Source: Ostreococcus lucimarinus (Eukaryota). Taken from it: a stretch of 64,000 nt of DNA. The position numbers and the translations under genes are program-made. The stretch lies in assembly GCA_000092065.1 (NCBI GenBank), contig CP000582.1, one strand, 5' to 3'. Position 1 is the stretch's first letter, and every line of letters starts with the position of its first letter. Shown one piece after another: positions 58,075 through 64,000 of this stretch. A model generated the notes under the pieces. It was not told where the DNA came from and searched no databases. It worked only from the letters and a program-made list of their open reading frames with translations.

Positions 58075-61000
58075 ATGATGAGCTGGAGCCTTGCTTACGC
58101 GAGCAGGATACTACATACTCGAAAAAAATCGAAAGGGAAGCGCAAGTTCACATTTCAAGTGCGTGCTTTTATTACTTCATATTTTTTTCCTTAAATGTGC
58201 CGACAGCCAGTTGCCGACCAGCTTACAGCGATCAATATCGCCCCGTATCCTGACAGTGCGTTTGATCTCAATGTGCGACAACAGGCATTCGGTACTTGTC
58301 TACAACACGCCTTGCTTCACTGGCAGGAATTATGTTGCTCAAACGACTTCAACAGTTTCGCAGCAAAGGCTTCTATCAGGTGCCTCAGTCTACCTCAGCT
58401 CATTTTACACAAAAAGGAAGTAATGGGAGCTCTTTTGAATGGCATTAGATCAGGAAAATGCTATTCTCTTGAAGCGCTCTTTCATTGTCTCGTTGCCATA
58501 GCGAAAGATCTTGGTGCTAGCTTTGTCACATATTTTCCACTTTCAGTTGAGGCAATCACTTGCTGTCTGGAAGGAACTATGGAATTGGACGCGAACCACG
58601 TGGAGTCGGCGTTTCGGTGCCTCGCTACGCTCTGCACATTACTATGGCGGTCAGGCAAAGTTACAATGCTGCATATTTTAGAGTGTACGCGGCATATTAG
58701 AAACCATCCAAAGCAACATGTGCGCAAACTAGCAGCCCAAGCGGTTGCTCCGGCTGTACGAAGTTCGACTAATGAAATCATCTTAGCTAGTGTCAGAAAT
58801 CTCATCATGGAACACTCTATACTGTGTGAGTCAAGTCAGCAGGAACACAGGATAGAAGCAACGACATTCATGTTACACTACATTGCTGTTGGTCATGCGA
58901 GCGCGCTTCACTCAAAGTCGGACAGCGTGCTGAGAGCAGTTTTCGATCCAGACTTCGTACCTGAGGTACGGGGAACTGTCCGTCTAGTCATAGTTCAGAA
59001 CTTACTTGTTTCACTTGATGCATCTCTACCCAAGAGCGCCTTCAAAGAACTATGGAATTCATTTTTACATGTTATCAGTTCTTGTGCTGCTCAAGTGGGT
59101 AACAAGAACATATCAGAAGTCATGTACTTATCTGAGATAGCTATATCCATATGTTCTACAAGGTTCGAATTGTGTACAGATAGCTACAATAAGCTTTCTG
59201 ATTTCGTACACGCTTACTTCTTGTTTTGTACAACCAGTGCAAAACCAGTTGAGCAATCAAGTGTCACTACTTTTGTGCGGCTGCTGGCGGCACTTTCTTC
59301 ACGTAACGAGTTCAAAGCAATGCCAGTGTTAACATCTTTTCCTTGGTGTGATCTGATACGGACTATTGACAACTCTTCGATTACGCTGATACTAAGGGTG
59401 CTGATACAAAACATTGAACTGGGATGCGTCACAGCTCATTACATGAGTGAAGCCTTACTGATAGATTCGTCGCACTTGATTTTTCTTAGAGGATTCGAAA
59501 ACTCTTTAATGTTGGGCAAGATTATTCAAAAGGTGGCAGAATTTTCGAAGGATTTACACTCGAAGTTGATGCGAATCGACGATGCACTCTTGAAGTGGCA
59601 CTTCGAGTGTAAGCTGACATCGCTTGATTTTAGTGAAATATGGTCAACTCTCCAAATTTTACCGTATTTTGCCGACACTCGACTGGTGCAGAGCGTCATT
59701 ACTACCATGGTCTCATATGTCAAGCGTTCAAAAGAGGCAAGTGTGGATCAAAATGCCCTTTCCAGTGGTGCATCGGCTCTTCTCATGTCTTCACTTGAAG
59801 CTGATATACTTTGTCGAGAACTTGATACATCTTCAAATTGCAAGTTCTCGTTTGAACTTATTCGTTTCACTCTCTCATGTCGTATTTCTTCGCCGGCTGT
59901 GTGGTCTTCGTTAGCACGTCTAACTTCTTTGATTATACGGCGAGCCGATGAAATACCAGCCGAACTTATGCCAAGTGATCTGACAGAATGCATACGATCC
60001 CAAAATCGTCTTTTAAGGGTTTCTGTTCTTGAGTATTTAGCGATTATTGCAAACAATCATATGGGCATGTCACCCAAGTCGACTGAGTGTGTTACAGCCT
60101 TTTTGTATATGAACAGGTTGTCTCGTGATAGTGGAAGTATACTCGAATATTCCAGGAAGAGTATCAATTTGATCAGATCCTTGACTCGGAAACTCAGCGA
60201 CTTTGATGCCTCTGATCACGTTGCGGTGTTGAATATGGCTCTGGGAGCGTTGTATCTTCGTTTCAATCCACTATGGGATCCACTTGTAGAACTGATTGGT
60301 GTCTTGAGTGGATCCGATTCTACAGCGCTTCAGTTATTACAGGCAGAAATCCTTCGAACCAAGCAGGAAGTAATTGCTGACCACGATGTCCAAGAAACGA
60401 TTATTTTGTTCCCCACCGACAGCGATCAGACACGTGATGAAGTTTGTGAAGCTCTCAATCCTCAAGAGCGGAGTGTAGAACAGTCTCAACGTTTACAGCT
60501 GTTGATTACGTCTCTGCAGTACTGCACACTTATGGACCAAACTTTTGTACTTGATCTCTTTTTGGATGTTTATTCAGTCTGCCGTAGAAATGAATATAGA
60601 TATGTTGCTACACGGTATTCAGGCATAATTTTAGCTCTCTTAAAGCTTATGCAGAGTAAAGATGAGGTTCGTTCTCTCCTTCTTCGGACAAAATTAGATG
60701 CGCATCAGTTATACGAAGGCGTTTTCACAGCTTTGAAAGCTTTAGTGGGTGATGACAACGCGAACTTGGCATCAGAAGCGCTGAAGTGTATGGGCCTTTT
60801 GAAGTTAGATTATCTCCCTAATATTAGAGTTTCGCAACTATGCTTGCTGACGGATGTTCAGTCAGTGAAGCGCGCGTTAACTTCAATACAATTCGAAGAA
60901 GGTTCAGAGGATTCTGAAGTTTCACATGAGTTTCCTAAGATCCAAGAACGGCACCGGGAGGATGTCATCAGTATCATAGTAAGCATCCTGTCAAAATATA

Positions 61001-64000
61001 TTCTCTCAGGGAAAACTTCATTTAGCTCACTAAAGTCGATCATTTTGAGATGGTTCAGCTGTTTGAGATGTGCTGAAATGGAACCATTTATACATGGGCT
61101 GTTTGTACCCTTGATGAGACCTCATGAAATCAGACTACGTCATGGTACTACTGTATTCTCTACTCAAGCGATAAACTCAGCGATATCAGAAGCTTCACAT
61201 GGTACCTTGATCGCATTGATGTCACAGCTGCGAGAAGTGCATAAAGCGGTACCAATGCATTTGAGAAACTCCACGGATCTTATTCTTTCGGTGATGTTCC
61301 AAATTTTCATGAGAGCATGCAAGCGTCAAGATATCCAAAATGATGAGTTGCTTCGACTTAAAATCTTGCGGTCAAATTCGCTTCGGATGATTGCGCGCAT
61401 TATACCGATTGTGAAGTTCGAAGGTATAGAGCGCCATTGGCTCGATGCGAGTGAATGTTTGATAAATACTGTTAAGGGCTTGGAAAACGAATGCTCCGGC
61501 TCACAAGAACCCGCAGTGCTGTGCCTGCTTTCTTCAATCACACAACGTGTAGATCTCATCAAACTCCTCGAAACTCCCACCGGTCACAAACTTCTCGAAT
61601 ATGTTTTCGCTGTATTGAGCAGCCCAAAGACATCTGAACCATGTAGAAGAACAATTTTGAGCATGATCACCATGCTCCTCAACTCCGTAAATTCTGAGTT
61701 GGGTAATGATTGCACTGTCGCAAATCTGTCCGAAAAAATCGCTGCAGGCGTTCGTATGTCACTTATAAACGAGCTAAAACGCGGAAGAATACCGACATCA
61801 AAGCAATTTGGCGAAGATATGCTCTCTGAAATTCAGATTCTTGAACAATTAAGCAAATTTGAACGCTGCAGTCCGTGGAATATTTGTATGTTCAAAGATG
61901 TGTTAGAGATGGCGTGTACGAAACGTCTGAACAGTGGAAAACGTACTGAGTTGCTCGTTATGTTAAACTCTATACTTTCAGCACTATCTTTGGATGAGCA
62001 ACTCAGACGTGAGTCAGTTGAGAGGTTAGCATTTTTATATGCGACATTGAGAGCACCGTGCTCTAGGAGAGCATTGTTAGATCTCTTCAAAGCACTCGAT
62101 TATTCGCAAGACGGATATAGAGTTCGCATACTTCATGATTTGAATGCTTACTTGGATGGGCGCATTGGCGAAGTGGATCACGGTAGAAGAATTCGGGCAT
62201 ACGCCAAGTTGCAATCACGCTGGGGTGGAGAAGATGAAACATCAATGCAACTGTGGATTTATAACTCGCTGCATGATATATGTTCAAATGACAGCATTCT
62301 TCGTAATTCTGCAAAACTATTGATATATCGGTGTTTGGAAGTTGGTTCAACAGCGTCCTACAACTTCCAGCATGGGCCAAGTTCACGGCTAGTGGTGAAC
62401 ACTGTGTTGCCCTGGGTCGCAGAGCTACTCGGTAGACGGGACCCTCTTATTCGCAATTGTGGTATAGAACTATTAAGATATGCGGTGGTCCGAGGGCATA
62501 TTCTTGATTTTTGCTGTTTGTGTGATCAGAATGAAGAAGTCGATGTATTTCTGAACCTGTGCCACATCCAATCTCACAGGAGAGCCCGGGCAATACGACA
62601 ACTGCATGCGCCTGAAGTTTTAAGCTCTGTGGAGCCCAGACTATATTGGACGTATGTGATTCCTCTTTTCATGGTGTTTTTGGGCGATCCAAGTGCAGAT
62701 GTCGCAGCTACGGCCGTAGATGCTTTGGGTCACACGGTAAAAATACTCGAGTCTGCGGAATATGTCAAGGTTATTTGCCGCCTGTTGCACCTTGCGCACA
62801 GGGCCTCAGAATTACAGAAATTTCATCTGCGCGGTGCGACTTGCATGCTAGAAAATTTGAGAACACACTATGAACCTTACGGCGATTTTGATGATCGGTT
62901 AGTTCGCCGTGGTGAAGCGGCAGATTTGGGGGCTTTATATTCCACTGCACTTCCACTGGCACAGGCATGTATTACTTTGAGACGTGACGCTCAAAGTAGC
63001 GAACAAGGCTCAAGTCAATATCTACAGACAAGTGCAATTTCATGTGTTTCGAGTATGTTGGCACTTTTTGATCATGAAAAATCCGAAGCAGGGACACTTT
63101 GTATGCTCAAGTTCATCATCGAAAACATGAGCAGTCGGTCAGAGAAGTTGCGCGATAATGCAATGACAGCTCTCAAGTTCATTTCAATCAAATTGGGCGA
63201 AAGGCACTTGCCGTTGATCATTCGTGTTCTGCGAAATGGACGGACAACAGGCTTCCATCTCCATGTTCTCGGCAAAGCGATTCATGTGTTAGTGAGTAAC
63301 TGTGTGAACATGTCTCCAGAAATCGCCACAGTCGTTTTTGTGGAAATTGTTCCTACCCTGCAAGCAAATCTCTTCGGAAGCGCGCGAGATCGTATGGATT
63401 CAAAATCTACCAAACCCGTTGTTGAGGCTAAACCAAGTTATTCCTTGAAAACCATAAGCTTAATTGCCGCACTTTTGAAGGACGGAGATTCTTTGATCAA
63501 GTTTGTTCGTACATTTGTTAGGATGCTACCAGAGTCACCAGACAGCAGAAGTCAAAAGAATTTCGAGCTAATTTTACACGCTTTACATGAAGGATTGTTG
63601 CGAAATGCAAGTCTAGGGGTTCAAAATCTTACTTATCTTGCTGGTTCGCTCGTTGAAGAATACATCACTTCCTCCACCGTGGATACCGATTGTGATACGG
63701 ACACAAGTTTGCTTGCGTCAGAGTATTGTGTGAAAATTCATCAATTCGCAATCAGTTTACTATATGATGCACTCAAGTGTGCGGAAAAATTGCGTGATGA
63801 AAGACTTCCATGTGAAAGCGACCTCGAGGCTTTGAAAACGACGATCGCTTTGATGATGCGATGCTTGCTGAGCACGTCATATGAAGTACAGGTCGGGGCA
63901 ACGCGCATCTTAGCAAAACTTTTACGCTCCGGCTTGCTCGCGAAAGAAATTTCCGCAGAAAACTTAACTAAACGGATTATTCGTACACTTAAGTCGTGCA
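58075..64000 (+). CDS. UTP20: SSU processome component UTP20 (DRIM, HEAT/ARM repeats), 5' part; ORF runs off the window end
   Basis: This gene is absent from the supplied ORF track because it has no stop in the window. Exon 1 (58075-58158) reads ..KKSKGKRKFTFQ. A 48-nt GT..AG intron (58159-58206) carries an in-frame stop. Exon 2 starts at 58207 and reads PVADQLTAINI..LLHWQELCCSNDFNSFAAKASIRCLSLPQLILHKKEVMGALL.. It stays open in one frame to 64000, which I checked by hand translation. It contains the UTP20-typical FLNLCHIQSHRRARAIRQL block. Confidence 0.8.

Noticed and set aside
1-64000. A prokaryotic operon or defence-island interpretation of the window.
   Set aside because: The genes are eukaryote-specific (separase, SWR1, SNW1, MAK16, UTP6/20, cyclin, eIF4E, KIN17). 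Many are interrupted by GT..AG introns, and the tRNA-Leu has a canonical eukaryotic-position intron.

Overview
This window is eukaryotic nuclear DNA, not prokaryotic. It is gene-dense, with about 26 protein genes on both strands. Many genes carry very short GT..AG introns, mostly about 45-57 nt, and there is one intron-containing tRNA-Leu(CAA). Most genes are conserved housekeeping genes: KIN17, SNW1/SKIP, ArgRS, sphingosine-1-phosphate lyase, SPT4, SufE, class I HDAC, V-ATPase subunit c, a KEA/Kef-type antiporter, arogenate dehydrogenase, IleRS, UTP6, separase, eIF4E, SWR1, MAK16, glutathione reductase, a cyclin and UTP20. UTP20 runs off the 3' end of the window and is missing from the supplied ORF track. 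An STN7/Stt7-family kinase, a plant-type GR, TyrA and presequence-bearing SufE/ArgRS suggest a plastid-bearing protist; this is inference, and the species cannot be named from the sequence alone. The background is AT-moderate, and three sharply GC-rich islands stand out. (1) At 35.1-40.6 kb there is a mobile-element region. It holds a PIF/Harbinger-type DDE transposase placed tail-to-tail (9-bp overlap) with an intact EXO1/XPG-family nuclease fused to a SWIM zinc finger, next to an 851-bp unit bounded by near-perfect ~88-bp inverted repeats. (2) At 45.6-56.0 kb the island lies inside a single 13,977-nt intronless ORF encoding a four-module type I polyketide synthase. I could find no acyltransferase domain in it, and its core is a nested mosaic of >99%-identical in-frame module duplications. 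(3) At 56.8-57.7 kb there is an intronless orphan ORF with a WRKY/FLYWCH/FAR1-like zinc-finger signature, preceded by three 23-bp double-palindrome repeats. The PKS and the transposase/nuclease element are the parts most worth follow-up.
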